Source: Octopus vulgaris (lineage: Eukaryota). From it: 64,000 nt of DNA. Below the pieces are notes generated by a model. That model saw only the letters and a list, made by a program, of their open reading frames with translations. It searched no databases and was not told the DNA's origin. How positions within the stretch are numbered: the stretch's first letter is position 1; each line of letters begins with the position of its first letter. Where the stretch lies: positions 51,894,001 through 51,958,000 of the forward strand of contig OX597816.1 of NCBI GenBank assembly GCA_951406725.2. Reading direction: 5' to 3'. Of this stretch, positions 14,437-29,084 are shown one piece after another. The position numbers were made by a program, and so were the translations under genes.

Positions 14437-14596
14437 TACGACAGGCTTCTTTCAGTTTCCATCTGCCAAATCCACTCGCAAGGCTTTGGTCGGCCCGAGG
14501 CTATAGTAGAAGGCACTTGCCCAAGGTGCCACGCAGTGGGAATGAACCCGGAACCATTTGGTTGGTAAGTAAGCTACTTACCACACAGCCACTCCT
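13838..14596 (-). mobile_element. SINE family A interrupted by a ~310-bp insertion in its internal microsatellite
   Basis: 3' half at 13838-14085 and 5' half at 14417-14596, separated by unrelated sequence at 14086-14395. Confidence 0.85.
14261..14354 (+). ncRNA. Canonical type I hammerhead ribozyme
   Basis: Stem I TGCGG/CCGCA; core CTGAAGA (14266-14272); stem II GGGCTTT/AAAGCTC extended by GAACA/TGTTC; GAAA (14338-14341); stem III from palindrome ACATATGT; cleavage triplet GUA, cut after 14349. Confidence 0.85.
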
Positions 14597-14614
14597 GCGT
14601 CTATAAAACTGGAC

Positions 14615-14686
14615 CTCTCCTGCGGGGAATCGAACACCGGTTTCCCGCGTGAGCGGCAGGGATACTTACCATTATACTAACGAGGA
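14615..14686 (-). pseudogene. tRNA-Asp-derived pseudogene (anticodon loop now reads CTC)
   Basis: 72 nt closely matching eukaryotic tRNA-Asp(GTC). The anticodon loop is CGCTCAC instead of CTGTCAC, the acceptor stem has 3 mismatches, and TTTT follows. Confidence 0.85.
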
Positions 14687-15305
14687 TAGGAAATTTTTGT
14701 CTGATTTCTTCATAAAAGGAAATGGGAATTGTTTGTCTGATGAATATTTAATAAATTCAAAAACTTATCAATTATTTTTCTCCACGCAATATAAAGAAAA
14801 ACTTTGGAACAACAACTTTATGTTGTTTACTCAGTGAGCTAAATGGTATATATTTCAAATTATCAAACAATGATATATTGTGCATTATTAATTAATTTAT
14901 TAGCTATCTACGCTGTGATCGCATGTATTGTCATGCAAACAGGTCAAATCATTTTAGATATATCCAACTTTGTTATGCAGTAGAAAAATTAATTAATAAT
15001 CTCTCTGAGAGTAGAAGATGACTATATTCTCTAAAACAGAAGTAGGATATGGAGAGAGTCCTCTTTTCCCGCTCACGAACATTTAAAATCTGCAGTGTAA
15101 TATTCTTGTTCAGTTTCAGACAGAATACTATACTTATCAAAAATGCTATGCATTACATTTCTAAATATCCAGAACAGTATATACAACATTGTTTATAGTT
15201 TAATCAGTAGATTAATTCTTTAACGAGTTTCGGCACATGTACTGTTATGCATATTAGACACGCCAGTCAATGGGGGATTTTATATTTTTAAATCCTTACC
15301 TTAGA

Positions 15306-15724
15306 CTCTTTACTTTTTTACTCTTTTACTTGTTTCAGTCATTTAACATCGGCCATGTTGGAGCACAGCCTTTAGTCGAGGAAATCGATCCCACGACTTA
15401 TTCTTTGTAAGCCTGGTACATATTCTGTCGGTCTCTTTTGCCGAACCGCTAAGTTACGGGGCCGTAAACACACCAGCTTCGGTTGCCAAATGATGTTGGG
15501 GGGAGAAACAGAGACACACAAACAGACACACATATATATATATATAGATATATATACATATACATATATACGACGGGCTTGTTCCATTTTCCGTCTACCA
15601 AATCCACTCGCAAGGCTTTGGTCGGCCCGAAGCTATTATAGAAGACACTTTCCCAAGGTGCCACTCAATGGGACTGGACCCTGAACCATGTGGTTGGTAA
15701 GCAAGCTACTAACCACACAGCCAC
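15306..15724 (-). mobile_element. SINE family A
   Basis: Same head, body and tail as 2438-2840. Confidence 0.9.
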
Positions 15725-17099
15725 TGGTGAATATAAATTCTTATCCACCAAATTAAATGACGTACGTCTGAGCTCTCGTTTGACATCGTCGACAAAATAA
15801 GTTCAAGTAATATTCAAGTACTATCCAAACTATAATTTTAAACTATTTTGTCGATGTAAGGAATTACAACTTTTGCCGCAGAACACTACTAGGCGTGGGC
15901 AGCTTTGGATTAAGACCACTAATACTTTCTTTTAATTTCAGATATATCAATAATATAGCTTGTAAGAGTATGAAGTTCACGATACAACGCTTGTGAATAA
16001 GATTTCTTTTAAAAGATGCGATCTTCTTGCCACACGGTACCTCATATTTCTGATTTCTGATAAATTACTAATATAATTGCCAACAAGTAATGCAATAATG
16101 TTTTTTTTAACTATCACATTGATTATCATCATCCTCATCGTCGCAGCCACCATTATTGTTATCGTCATCATCATCATCATCATCATCATCCTCGCAACCG
16201 GTTATAAATATATTATTAGTACTTCTCGTGCTGTAAAATACTACACATGTACTACGTAATACAACAATTTTAAAAGAATTAACAATGAAGAAAATTAATT
16301 ATGTACATTATTGGTCTCTCTCCAAAACAGATAATTTCCATATGATAATTATTCGTTTAGAAAATTTATTCAAAACTTCTCAAATTTGAGGGGATGGGAA
16401 CCTTAGATTTTAACGTGGGCCCACATATATGGATTCTACTGGTGCAAGCTGGAAACCTTGTCAGTCCGCCACTATATGTATATGTGTATACACATATATA
16501 TATAATTTAGTAAAAACAAAATATGTGCGTGTCTTTATGCATATGTGCGCGCGCACAGGTATGATTGTGTGGGGTGGAAGTGTCTCTCTAAATGTGTTCT
16601 CCACTCTTTCTTTACATCTGTTGTAAGATTTTTTACGTCACTGTAACTTAGCAGTTTAGCAATGGAGCCGATAGAATAAGTACCACGTTTTAAAATATGT
16701 ACTGCTACAGAATGACTGAACCAATTTCGACATCAGTATGAAAAGTAAACAATATGCTTCTGCCAGTGTTTTATCCTTCCGTGGACAAATAAGGAAGGAT
16801 AGATTTGAGTATTTCTTAGTCTTCTTAGATATTCATTAGAGAAAGAACATTTGTTATCTATCCACGAAGAGATTAATAACTTATGCAGCTGGTCATTTTG
16901 TTCAATATTCACATCAGGGCTTAAACTGTTTGTTAAAATGTACAAAATTTACGAAACAATCGTATGAAACGTGTTAATGTTTCATTAAAAACAAATTCTA
17001 TTTCCATACGTTCAATGGAGTAATACATCGAAATTCTAGGCTTCGAATAAACCAAATCAAACACATGTACACGCACGCACACACATTCACAGACAGAAA

Positions 17100-17100
17100 C

Positions 17101-17131
<31 letters not shown>

Positions 17132-17300
17132 TGTATGTATGTATGTATGTATGTATGTATGTATGTATGTATGCGTGTGTGTATGTATGTATGTATGTAT
17201 GTATGTATGTATGTATGTGTATGTATATATGTGTCAAGCCCAATTGCATTTATCTGCATCACTATCCCTCCCTCTTTCTCCTTTTCTCTCTATATGTGAA

Positions 17301-17353
<53 letters not shown>

Positions 17354-17536
17354 TATATATATGCATAGATATATATATATACACATACATATATATATAT
17401 ATATATACATACATATATACATATATATATATTATATATATATATATTATATATAAATATATATATACATATATATATATATATGTGTGTGTATATATAT
17501 ATACATATAGATACATATATGTATGTAGATATGTAT

Positions 17537-17569
<33 letters not shown>

Positions 17570-17590
17570 CATACATACACACACACACAC

Positions 17591-17636
<46 letters not shown>
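17100..17636. repeat. Large compound (TATG)n/(TA)n/(CA)n tract
   Basis: Simple repeats; source of many spurious ORFs. Confidence 0.95.
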
Positions 17637-17637
<1 letters not shown>

Positions 17638-18579
17638 GCATTTTATTTAGGCATTAGCTACACAGCCAAAACATTGGCCACATGCCAGCATGGGTTTGAG
17701 AACAATGTAATTCTTCTTTTTGCCGTTTATCACCAGGACATCTCCTACAAAGCAAATCTTCAAAACGTTTCTGGTCCTGCTCGTTGCATTGTATTTCCAT
17801 ACATCTTTTACGGTTTTACTATATGACCTATCTTTCGATAAGTTATAGAGTGTGGTTTGTAGTACAGTTTAGTACTATTTCTAACCAGTCAGTCTTTACA
17901 AACGAGCCTCCACTGGTTTATGTTTGTTGTAATTTGTGTGATAATAAAGGAAATTTGTCACGGAAGTTCATCATTTGTAACTAAACATTGTAAACGGAAT
18001 TAGTTTGGCACTGTGTCTACTCAAATATAGATTGGTTTGGGTATATAACGACCCGAACTTGCCTACATTAAATCAATGGATGTACAATAAGTAACTAAAC
18101 AACATACATGAAGTAATTACAGTCGATATTAGCTGCGGATAAGCTACGATAGATAGATGTCCACTTGAAATAAGAAGACGGGTCTGTTGTTGTTATTGTT
18201 GTTGTTCCTGCTTTTTCTTGTTGTTGGTTATGTTGTTTTTTTTGTTGTGGTTGTTGTTGTTGTTTAGACCTAAGCTGGTCTTGGTAGAAGACAATTATGT
18301 TGAATGACTATCGAACTGTACTCATCCAGCTGTGCTCACGCGTGTGTTTGAATGTGTGTGTGTGTGCGTATTGTGTGCAATATGCTATATATTTCAGAAA
18401 ATGGTATCTATTTTCCAAACGGTTTTATGTCATAGAATGGGATCTGGCTGCTATTTCTAACAGCTTGAGTGACTACAAAATACATTCGTCCAATTAGTTA
18501 AAGTAAACTATAGATTTTCTGGAGACTTGTGTTGTGTATTCAAACTTGCATTAAGACTTACCAGCTTACAAAGATTACA

Positions 18580-19084
<505 letters not shown>

Positions 19085-19632
19085 ACGCTGTATATTCTGT
19101 ATATTTTTTTTAATATTTTCTATTAGTATTATTGTCATTGCTTAATAAGATTTTTGTAATAACTTCTGGCACATCATGAAATATTCCTACTGATAATTCA
19201 CCTCCTGGATTTCCTCTAACTATTGTTACTTTTTATAGGCTAGAAGCAGTGTTCCAATCGCCATTGTTTTTAATTTAGCAATACAAGTGAGAAGTATCAT
19301 GCAACACAGGTTGTACTATCAATTGATCATTAGTTATAATCCCGAATGCATAATGTCGTACGTTATTTTTGGTGAGAAACTTTTGAACTTTTCATCTATT
19401 TGCTTGTTTTAAAATGTTTTCAATATGGAGAAATAGAAGGACGAGTGTAATGATAAACTAGAGCTCAGAGAAATCGAAAGATGAAGATTGTTTCGATTGT
19501 TTTTTTGCTTGTGCAATGTTAGAATTGAGCTTTTGTGTCTATTTTTCTGAATATACCAAAAAACATGTAAAAAATATGTAAATGTTGGCTCCCCCTTCGA
19601 TTACAGTTTTATTCTAATTAAAAAATTATATA

Positions 19633-20184
19633 TTGGGTTGTCCGGAAAGTTCGTGCTGATTTAAAGTAGCTTACCTTTCGACTTATTTTAGAGCATGTTT
19701 GAGTCCATAAAATAGGATTTGACTACACCTCCAGTTTAAGCTATCTTTTCATGGGAGAAGGTTTATGTTCCTATAACCTGTGCTAATTCTGTAACCTTTT
19801 AAAATGGAAGATAAGAAAATTCATTTTCGGCAAATGTTTTGCGAACCCGACAAAAATTGTTGCAGCTCGGCTGGGATGTGTTACCCCACCCTTCATATTC
19901 ACCAGATATTGCGCCTTCGAATTATCACTTATTCAGGTATCTGCAGAATAGTCTTAATGGTAACAGTTTCAATTCCTTGAATGACGTAAAAAGATACCTT
20001 GATGAATTATTTGCCATGAAACCACCTCAATTCTGGGAAGTGGGTATTTTCAAGTTAAAGGAAAGATGGAGACGCATTGTGCAACAAAATGGTTCATATT
20101 AGGTTGATTAAAAATGTAATAGCAAGTATTTATTGACCTTTTTCTTTCCTTTAAAAATCGGCACAAACTTTCCGGACAACCCAA
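19633..20184 (+). mobile_element. Internally deleted non-autonomous mariner, second copy of the 7747-8302 family
   Basis: TIRs TTGGGTTGTCCGGAAAGTT / AACTTTCCGGACAACCCAA and the same N-term/C-term junction. Confidence 0.9.
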
Positions 20185-20838
20185 TGTATGGTTTGGAAAG
20201 AAACTTATAGCCGAACAATTAATTTTTAGCAGAACCAAATTACCCATGCTTACATTGTATTGAAAACTACATTATGTAAATTTGACAAAGACCGAAATTA
20301 AGCAACATGATGGATGTTTTGGAAGCATACGCGAAAGCATGAGACGTTGATTATGCAACAAATGTTCATCTAATGTTTTCTCTCTTATCAGGAGAAATGT
20401 AATAGTGAATAATAAATATATATACCGGAAATATGTCGTCTCTTTAATGTAATATGATCGTTTTATATGGATAAGATTTGATTACACTCGCTAATTACTT
20501 ACATAACCCAGTTTCAGAGGAAATTACTAGCTGTATTAATACTAATATTTTGGCAAATATTTAAACTAACAACTGTCTGTCTAGGCAAATATTGAAAGAC
20601 ATCAAATTAGATAGATACGTCAGTTTCATTTAACATACCTCTGCTGTTACTTCAAGAAGTATTTATTTCAGTTTGATATTAACTATTCATCGATATAGGA
20701 CAATCAGTTGTGCAATGATTTCGCATATATATTTCTCATGTTATCTAGATACTAAAACTGTGTTTAGAGAAGTCTTACCAGTCGCTTAATTTTAATTAAT
20801 GAACTATTATGAATTAGTACCTATAAACGACAATAGTT

Positions 20839-21310
20839 CAAGATAGGAAAAGTCCGAAACGTGGTCCTTTGCTATTCGTAAGCCCCTCGGAAGAGAAAGC
20901 AGGTCAACCCACGACACCAAGAGAATCGACGGATGGATGAATGCTCATCCAGGCTCACTCTTATTCACAACAGCAACAGCAATGGCCCAGTGGTTATGGC
21001 AGCGGACTCGCGGTCGGAGGATCGCGGTTTCGATTCCCAGACCGGGCGTTGTGTGTGTTTATTGAGCGAAAACACCTAAAGCTCCACAAGGCTCCGGCAG
21101 GGGGTGGTGGCGATCCCAGTTATACTCTTTCGCTCCAACTTGCTCCCACTCTTTCTTCCTGCTTTTTGTCCCCGACTTCCTACGCAATCGGTGAGCCTGG
21201 ATGAGCATTCATCCATCCGTCGATGCTCTTGGTGTCGTGGGTTGACCTGCTTTCTCTTCCGAGGGGCTTACGAATAGCAAAGGACCACGTTTCGGACTTT
21301 TCCTATCTTG
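20839..21310. repeat. ~120-bp near-perfect inverted repeat (20839-20958 / 21191-21310)
   Basis: CAAGATAGGAAAAGTCCGAAACG...CATCCAGGCTCAC is the reverse complement of GTGAGCCTGGATG...CTTTTCCTATCTTG, with about one mismatch. Confidence 0.9.
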
Positions 21311-21340
21311 CGAGCTCTGGGACGAAGACCGTTCGCTCAA
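20979..21340 (+). mobile_element. tRNA-derived SINE family C
   Basis: Head TGGCCCAGTGGTTA...GCGGACTCGCGGTC...GGTTTCGATTCCC, shared with 30568 and 45308. Confidence 0.8.
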
Positions 21341-21707
21341 CAGCAACAGCAGCAGCACACATACTCACATACAGATATGTGTTCGTGTATGTATGTGTGT
21401 GTGTACATGTGTGTGATGGTTGCTAGCCCATGTCCTTCTGCGCAGCTGCAGTGTAACGAGATGTACATCTGCTTCTCAGTTTCTTTTCCTATTCCTTCTA
21501 AATAATTGCTCAAAAACTTAGTGTAAATGCGCAAATGAAAGAGAGTGCAAGGCAAATAAACGGGTCATCCGTGCTTAAAATACCTCCAGTAGAGTATAAA
21601 ATTGAGTGTAATTTTCTCACATGAGCTAAATTATAAGCTTCCCTGCAAGAAATGGCACTAGGCTTCTTTATAAGAATTGATCATATCATATTAATTGATT
21701 CATAATA

Positions 21708-21896
21708 CGACGGTGTGCTGAAAAGGTCCTGGCTCTGGATACAAGATAAGTTAATTATGATTTTATTCAACATTCACACGCATACTGCAGCTCTGCTTCA
21801 GATTTTCTAAGCCCTGTAAAGGAATACGGAATGTTGGGCCTCTACCCAGGCCTTTCGCGACACCCTTAAAGCCAGGAAATTTTCATCACCCTTTCG
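21708..21896. mobile_element. Mariner-type MITE (~190 bp)
   Basis: Imperfect TIRs CGACGGTGTGCTGAAAAGGTCCTGGCT / AGCCAGGAAATTTTCATCACCCTTTCG with TA flanks. Confidence 0.75.
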
Positions 21897-23895
21897 TAGA
21901 ACTGTGTTTGCAGCCCCTTACTTTGACACATCGCTAAAATTTTTTGATCAGCTTACCAAGGCCATTGGTACATACTAAGGTGCAGATAGTTCATGTTTGG
22001 ACATAGTATGAAAAGACGACAGATGCAGACAGAGTGCTGTAAATCAGGTCAGATTAAATAGTTGGATGTATTTAAACATAATGCATCCTAAATTTGCGAT
22101 TTGGACAATAAATGCTGATAACCGATGACAGCAGGAACCACAGATGAAAAATTGCGCACTCTCAATGTTTGTTATAAGTGAAAATCAAAGTAAAGATAAC
22201 TACATTTAAGCAACAATGAAAAACAAAGAAACCATAGGTTAAACTATAATGATATTTAAATACCAGTCATTAATAAACATATTAAAAAATATCTCTAGTT
22301 GGTCTCATGATATATTTCCATTCATCCTGCGGAAGCAACCTAAGATCCTGCGGAAGCAACCTAAATATGTTTCTACACGCTGCATCATGAAACTTACTCC
22401 TCTGTTGGCTTTAATCGGTCCTCATTTTCGATCTGCATTTTTGCTAATAATATCAATGTAGCTTAGTGGTCTCTGTCGTCTATGAGGGTAGTGAAGTCTA
22501 CATAACATAACATTCTCCAATGCTTGTTGTTTTGTACGATAGCAGAGACAAGCAAATCCTCCATCACGTTGCATAAGATAGCACAGATCAGAGTAATTTG
22601 TCTGTTATTCTCCTTTTTTGGTCTTATGCTCACGCCATGCTATGCGATGCTATGGGCGGTTATACAAAGACAGCCATAAATACCATAGTGCAATTTTCGT
22701 CATCATAGAAAAGAATACTCTCTCCATATACCATGATGGAAGAAAACTAGATTCGTTTACTTTGAACAGCTTGACTGCCAGATGTTTTGAAGCTTTTTAC
22801 AGGCGCTCGATGCTTATTGCTTATAACGAAGTATTATTTCTTTTAAGAAACGTAGGAATTGGGGCAGAGGAGATTCGAGACTTACTTGCGTTTTGTACCA
22901 GGTATGGAAGAAATTGGCAACATGTTTTCTTTCATAGTAACAAAAATTTAGGAAGGGAAATATAAATTTAGAATAGATTAATAGATATTTCGAGAAGATT
23001 TCTATCATTGTTGTAAGTTTGATTTTTCCAAGAGTTATAAATATTCATGATCAGGTGCTAAAAACACAAGTTGTTGGAAAGTTGTTGGAAAGTTTATATG
23101 TTACTTTTGATACGTTTCCACTATTTATACCACTTGCTAGTTTAAAATATGGTGCAAGTTTCCTACATGTACTTTCACTTTGCTTAAGCTGATAATGCTC
23201 ATGGCAAAAGAATGAACGCACAACATGCCATTGTTAAAAAAACAAAAACATTAAAAATATTGCGCGTATGCACCTTGTCAAAAGGAAAGCACTATGCATA
23301 TCCAGTAGAAATAACTCAACAAAAACAAAATCAAGAACAAAAAATAAAACAACAGAAGTAGCAATACTTTATTTTACATGATTAAAGAAATCAATTGTGT
23401 AACTGCCGTTTGATGCGAATTTTCAACGAAATAATTAACATTTTACCCCCCTTAATTTGACTACATTAAGAAATAATTTATGCTTGGTTGAATAAATTTT
23501 CTGCTGGACAAGCATGAATGCAGTTACCCATATCTCACAGGCTATCAGAAAGAGCCAGAGTAATAAGCTCGTTATTTCTATGATTATATGTGGTTGGCAT
23601 TTTTCTATCAAGTACGGTGATTGTTTCGGACCATAGGTGATATAACGATTCCTTAACTTGTATGCTCGACATATCAAATTGTTAATTAGCCACACAAAAC
23701 TGATAACACTTCAGTAGCCTAACGGATATAATTCATAGCAAATTAAAGGAATTTTCACTAAGCTCACATCGTACAATTCACCAAGAATAAAAACAGTTTA
23801 AACAGTTAAAATGAATAGTGGCTATCGATTATTTATTGCTAATAACAAAAACAAGCAAATTATTCTGAGGTTCTGATTTCCAGTCTTTTTCATTG

Positions 23896-24029
<134 letters not shown>

Positions 24030-24789
24030 TATATGTATATACACACACACACACACATGTATATATATATATATATATATAATTACTAAGATTCAGCGGA
24101 GTAATTATGTTCTATTTTCTTGACATTACCTCTGCGCTGGAACAGAGCCAACAAGCCAAGAATATATAATTGTTTTATTAATGTCCAGGATGGCGTGTAA
24201 ATATACTTACATTCATATGTGTGTGCGTGTCTGTGTTTATATGTGGATTTACATACATATAGAAAGACAAACGGACAATTGTACAGCGTTTCGTCCGTCT
24301 CTACGTTCTCTGTTCAAATGCAGCCAAATTCAACTTTATCTTTCATCCTTTCGGAGTCGTTAAAATGAGTACCAGTTAAGCACTTTCTGGCCTTGTGCTA
24401 AAATTTTAAACCGATATTTCGGAGTTTTCTCTCTCATTATGACTAATATAAATTATCCGGATAACAATTTATTCTCTTTATTAATAATATAATTTTAATT
24501 AAATTCAATTTCTTGACACTCCAAATTAAGTGTGTCTGCTCCTCATTTACTATAATTTTTTTATGTATAAATATTGATCTTGTAAATAAAACAAATAGGA
24601 AATCAAATCGGACATACACAAAAATAACTAAATCATTAAGGAGGTGAATAACATAAACATACTTTTCCTCTTTATGTGATCAGTGTTTTGATGTACAACT
24701 AACTAATATCTATAAATAACGTCAGATTAGAAAGGAGTATTGTATATTAGACACCAAAACACAGAATCTCTTGTTTTGTCCATATGTGT

Positions 24790-25140
24790 ATGAGTATAAT
24801 ACTATAGCAAAAGGAGCACTCCGTCGGTTGCGACGACGAAGGTCCCAGCTGATACGATCAACGGAACAGCTTGCTCTTGAAATTGACGTGCAAGTGGCTG
24901 AGCACTCCACAAACACGTGTATCCTTAACGTGGTTCTCTGGGAGATTCCGCGTGACACAGAGTGTGACATGGCTGACCCTTTGAAATACAGGTACTACTC
25001 ATTTTTGCCAGCTGAGTGGGTGGACTGGAGCAACGTGAAATAAAGTGTCTTGCTGAAGGACACAACGCGTCGCTGAGAATTGAACTCACGACCTTACGAT
25101 CATGAGCCGAATGTCCCTAACCACTAAGCCACGCGCCTTC
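24790..25140 (-). mobile_element. tRNA-derived SINE family D
   Basis: Minus-strand head TGGCTTAGTGGTTAGGG...GAGTTCAATTC...CAAGACACTTTATTTCACGTTGCTCCAGT. Related heads at 27668-27900 and 52697-53018. Confidence 0.8.
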
Positions 25141-25249
25141 ACTACTATGGCCTATATTTTCATGTAAAAGATTTCATCACAATTATAAAACTAGCTCATC
25201 AACATGTTACACTGTTAACAGAGCTGGTTCGTTTGCCTAATAATCCTTT

Positions 25250-25445
25250 CTACTGTGCATATAACGTCTGAAATTTTGGTTAAGTCGATTACATCGACGC
25301 CAGGACTCAACTAATACTTTATCGACTCCAAAAGGATTAAATGCAAATGCAACCTCGACGGAATGTGAACTCAGAATGTAAAGACAGACGAAATGCTGCT
25401 CCGTATTTTGTCAGGTTTGTCTACAATTCTGCGAGCTCGCTGCCT
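25250..25445 (-). mobile_element. Diverged SINE family B
   Basis: Similar to the 35192-35400 copy. Confidence 0.6.
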
Positions 25446-27667
25446 TTGCTTACTTTATGGCATCAAAATAAATGTTTAAAATTATACCTTTCAAATGACA
25501 TAAAATGGGACTTTTAATTATGGTTGTACTTATTTACGAATAAAGAAAATAGATTAGGGATCCTGGATCAAATGGTTTGTCATGCAAAATTAAATCAACT
25601 GGATAACATGTAGCCCCAAATACTGCATTGATTGAATATTTTAAATGAGCTAAATTTTACCATTATTCTGTTTTACATAAAAAACAATATTCAATATTCT
25701 AATTTAAAATGTAACTTGGTAGTAATAAAATGTAGATAATGTAATGATATAACAAATAACAATTTTAGATAGTATGGATTGGTTCCCCATCAGAGAACTT
25801 TGTTGTTGATTGTGAGACGATAGAATAGCAAATTAAATTGTATAAAAATGTTACATCCCTTTTTTCTTAGGATATGGGACTAGCGACATGTTTAACTTAT
25901 TTCACTTCATATAAAATGTTCCCCGCTCCTTACATATATCTATACATGTATATTTTCATAAGAAATGTTAAGATGTATCTTAACCTTCTCATTTTGTTAC
26001 ATTTAAGTTCTTTTCATGTAAACTGAGTCGGTGGAAATCTTAGTATGATTCTCACTAGCCGCTAGTTTAATTTACAGAGCTCTAAAAGAGAGAATTAAAA
26101 CATTGTTAAATTCTATCTGCATCAGCACTATAAAAACGGTAGAGTGTCTCTTAATTTGCAATGCAAATATAATCCTTTGTATTGTTAAATATGGAGCAAG
26201 AACAATCACATTCATAATTATGAGATATTAATCAAGACATCATTAATTAAAGATCCAACAGCCAGCAAAACATTTCCATCTTATCATTTCATTACATCCT
26301 CATAATAACTTTATTTACTGAAAAGAGTTGTGTTTTTAGACAAATGCAAAATGTAATGGACGCACAACGAAGACGTTCAGGACACCGGAGGTTCTTTGTG
26401 TCTGTAACCAAGACGAAAACTGAAGAATAACCCAAGGCAGCCTCCCTAAATTTAGAGTATGACATGGTAAAATAATTCTAAAAAAAATGTGACAGTTTGT
26501 TAACTTGCCATTTAATGTAGTTTGCACACAGAGGACAAAAACTCAACATTATATATTCAGTATTCCACCATTTTTACTGATTAGGCAGAACGAAACTACA
26601 AATGCGCTGCAATTTCTATTCAAAATCATCTTCCCACATATTTCTGTCTCGTAGAATTCAATGTACCCAATAATTTAAAATTTTAATAGTAATTTACCAT
26701 TAAGCTGAGAAAACTAATGGCTTCACTTATAAACTGTAAATGACTTTACTGAAGCAAAGTGTGGGATGGTTAATATTTCATAGAAAAATGCTGAAAGTTT
26801 AATAATTGCTATAGAGATTGCCTTAATATTCTTTCGTTTCTGGGATATTGCGTTATAAATGTTTAATAAATGTCGGTTTCATTTTTTTTTCATTGGATAT
26901 TTTGATTCCCTTTATATTAAATGAAATTTTGAAGTCTTTTACAATAATGTGTATTAACAAGTTAAATATTTTATTAATGAAAACTTAATAAACATTTCAT
27001 TAAATCATGTCTGGAGAATTTCCAGTTTCTAACAAATGTCTGACATAGAACACTATATACTAACATGCAATTGTGGATAGGGCTATAAAAATATTGTAAG
27101 ATATATTCAAAAGATAAAATAAAAATTTAAATTGACTAAATAATTAATCGATCGATAAAAAATTATTCAGTTCTTTTTTTAAGTTTTCAAATGTATTTTA
27201 ATGCAGAGCAATAGCAATTGCTCTTACAGCATCCACAAAATAAAACTATTCTACAAATTGCACTGAAATAATTGCTAAAAATAAAAATAAAAATCTAGGC
27301 TTTCACTTTTAATCCTGATTCACTAGACTAACGATAAAAAAGAAGCATACTGTAAGTGGAAAACTAAATATGGAATTCATTCAGACTAAAGGTAAAACTT
27401 CAAATTATGCTAAGACATAATTTTTTTATAGATATTTCCATACACACATTATATCAAATGATCACGGGTTACAATTTTTTTTCTATTCAAACAAAAGTAG
27501 TGCAAATAGTATAGCATTCATGCATCGTCGCGTCACAGTATTAAACAGTAAAAATATGAATCAAAAGAATGATGACAAAGATTATTTAGTCTGCGTCTGT
27601 CGTACATAAACATCGAACACATGTCGTTTGTGTATTTATGTAGTTGAAATATATAAAAAATATAATA

Positions 27668-27900
27668 AATAAATGTGCCCCTTTAAAGCCTATCCAGGCT
27701 CATAGGCCCGGTTTCCCGGTTTCAATGCCGTATGTGTTCCCCAGCTGGACGGGACGCCAGTCCATCGCAGCTGAGTGGACTGGACCAACGTGAAATGAAG
27801 TGTTTTGCTCAAGAATACAACCCGTCGCACGGTCCAGGAATCGAATCCACAATCTTACGATCATGGTGCTGACACCCTAACCACTAAGCCACACGCCTCC
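27668..27900 (-). mobile_element. tRNA-derived SINE (family D-type head, tail shared with 45480-45580)
   Basis: Head GGAGGCGTGTGGCTTAGTGGTTAGGG; tail CCGGGAAACCGGGCC. Confidence 0.75.
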
Positions 27901-28711
27901 ACAGTTGAAATATATACTGTTCATAAATATTGGTTTCAATTTCGACACATCAGCAGCAATTTCGAGGGCAGCGTAAGTCGTTTCTATCGACCCCAGAGTT
28001 TAACTGGTTTTATTTTATCGACCTCGAACGGATAAAAGGCAAGTCGACTTAAAATAAAGTGGAAAGAAATGCGCTGAGCATTTTGTCCGGCGTAGTAGCA
28101 ACTTTTGCCAACGCACCGTCTTAAACTGACTCAAAATTTCTACTTCATTTGTTGGCACAACATTAGCAATTTCATGTTAGGCGTTAATCGCAGCTGCTAC
28201 TTATTTTATCGACCTCGAAAGCATTATAAGTAAAGTCAACCACAGCGGCATTACTGGCATTAAATATTAAATATCATAAGACGAGAGGCTGTTTCCTCAA
28301 TTTTTCTTTTAAGAATTTAACGAAAATCAATCAGCTTTAAAGGGGTTCGAAAATAGCATAAGGTAAAAAAATAACTTCTCTCATTTGCTGCTTGCCTCAC
28401 CATATATATATATATACATACACATATAAAAATACATGCATATATACATACATACATACATAAGAGAGTATTGTAGTTCGCTGGAAGCTCCCTACACGCA
28501 CAATGGTAACATGCTCATATAGCAAAATATATAAAAATGCACATATAATATATAACATAGAAACAGTCTAACGAATATGCCAACACACCCAAGCTCAAGA
28601 TATTAACTTCTCTCACACACTTCTCATGGGGGATTCTGGAAAGAAATTCGTGGAATTTCAGTAACCGACATTAACAGTGACTCCGTTATTTCCTAGCAAT
28701 CTCGAAATATT

Positions 28712-29082
28712 CCTTTCTACTCTAGGCACAAGGCCCGATATTTTAGGAGAGGGAACCAGTCGATTAGATCGACCTCAGTTCAAAACTGGCACTTACTTTA
28801 TCGACACCGAAAAGATGAAACACAAAGTTGACCTCCGCGGAATTTGAACTCAGAGCATTAAGACAGATGAAATGCATATTTCTTTACTATCCACAAGGGG
28901 CTAAACACAGAGAGGACAAACAAGGACAGACAAACGGATTAAGTCGATTACATCGACCGCAGTACGTAACTGGTACTTATTTAATCGATCCCGAAAGGAT
29001 GAAAGGCAAAGTCGACCTCGGTGGAATTTGAACTCAGAACGTAACGGCAGACGAAATACGGCTACACATTTCGCCCGGCGTG
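28712..29082 (-). mobile_element. Two tandem SINE family B copies
   Basis: Repeated GTCGATT...TCGAC...GGAATTTGAACTCAGA body. Confidence 0.75.
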
Positions 29083-29084
29083 CA

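Noticed and set aside
17651-17826. Acceptor-like TTTTATTTAG followed by an open frame
   Set aside because: No recognisable protein and no partner exons.
22324-22364. 21-bp tandem duplication ATCCTGCGGAAGCAACCTAA
   Set aside because: A simple local slippage duplication; two units with no spacer is not a CRISPR-like array.
22480-22965. 115-aa ORF and a nearby open minus-strand frame in unique sequence
   Set aside because: No recognisable motif or convincing splice context, so a host exon cannot be supported.
23640-23700. LINNLICRAYKL, resembling a PLE RT thumb motif
   Set aside because: Only 12 residues with no supporting flanking motifs.
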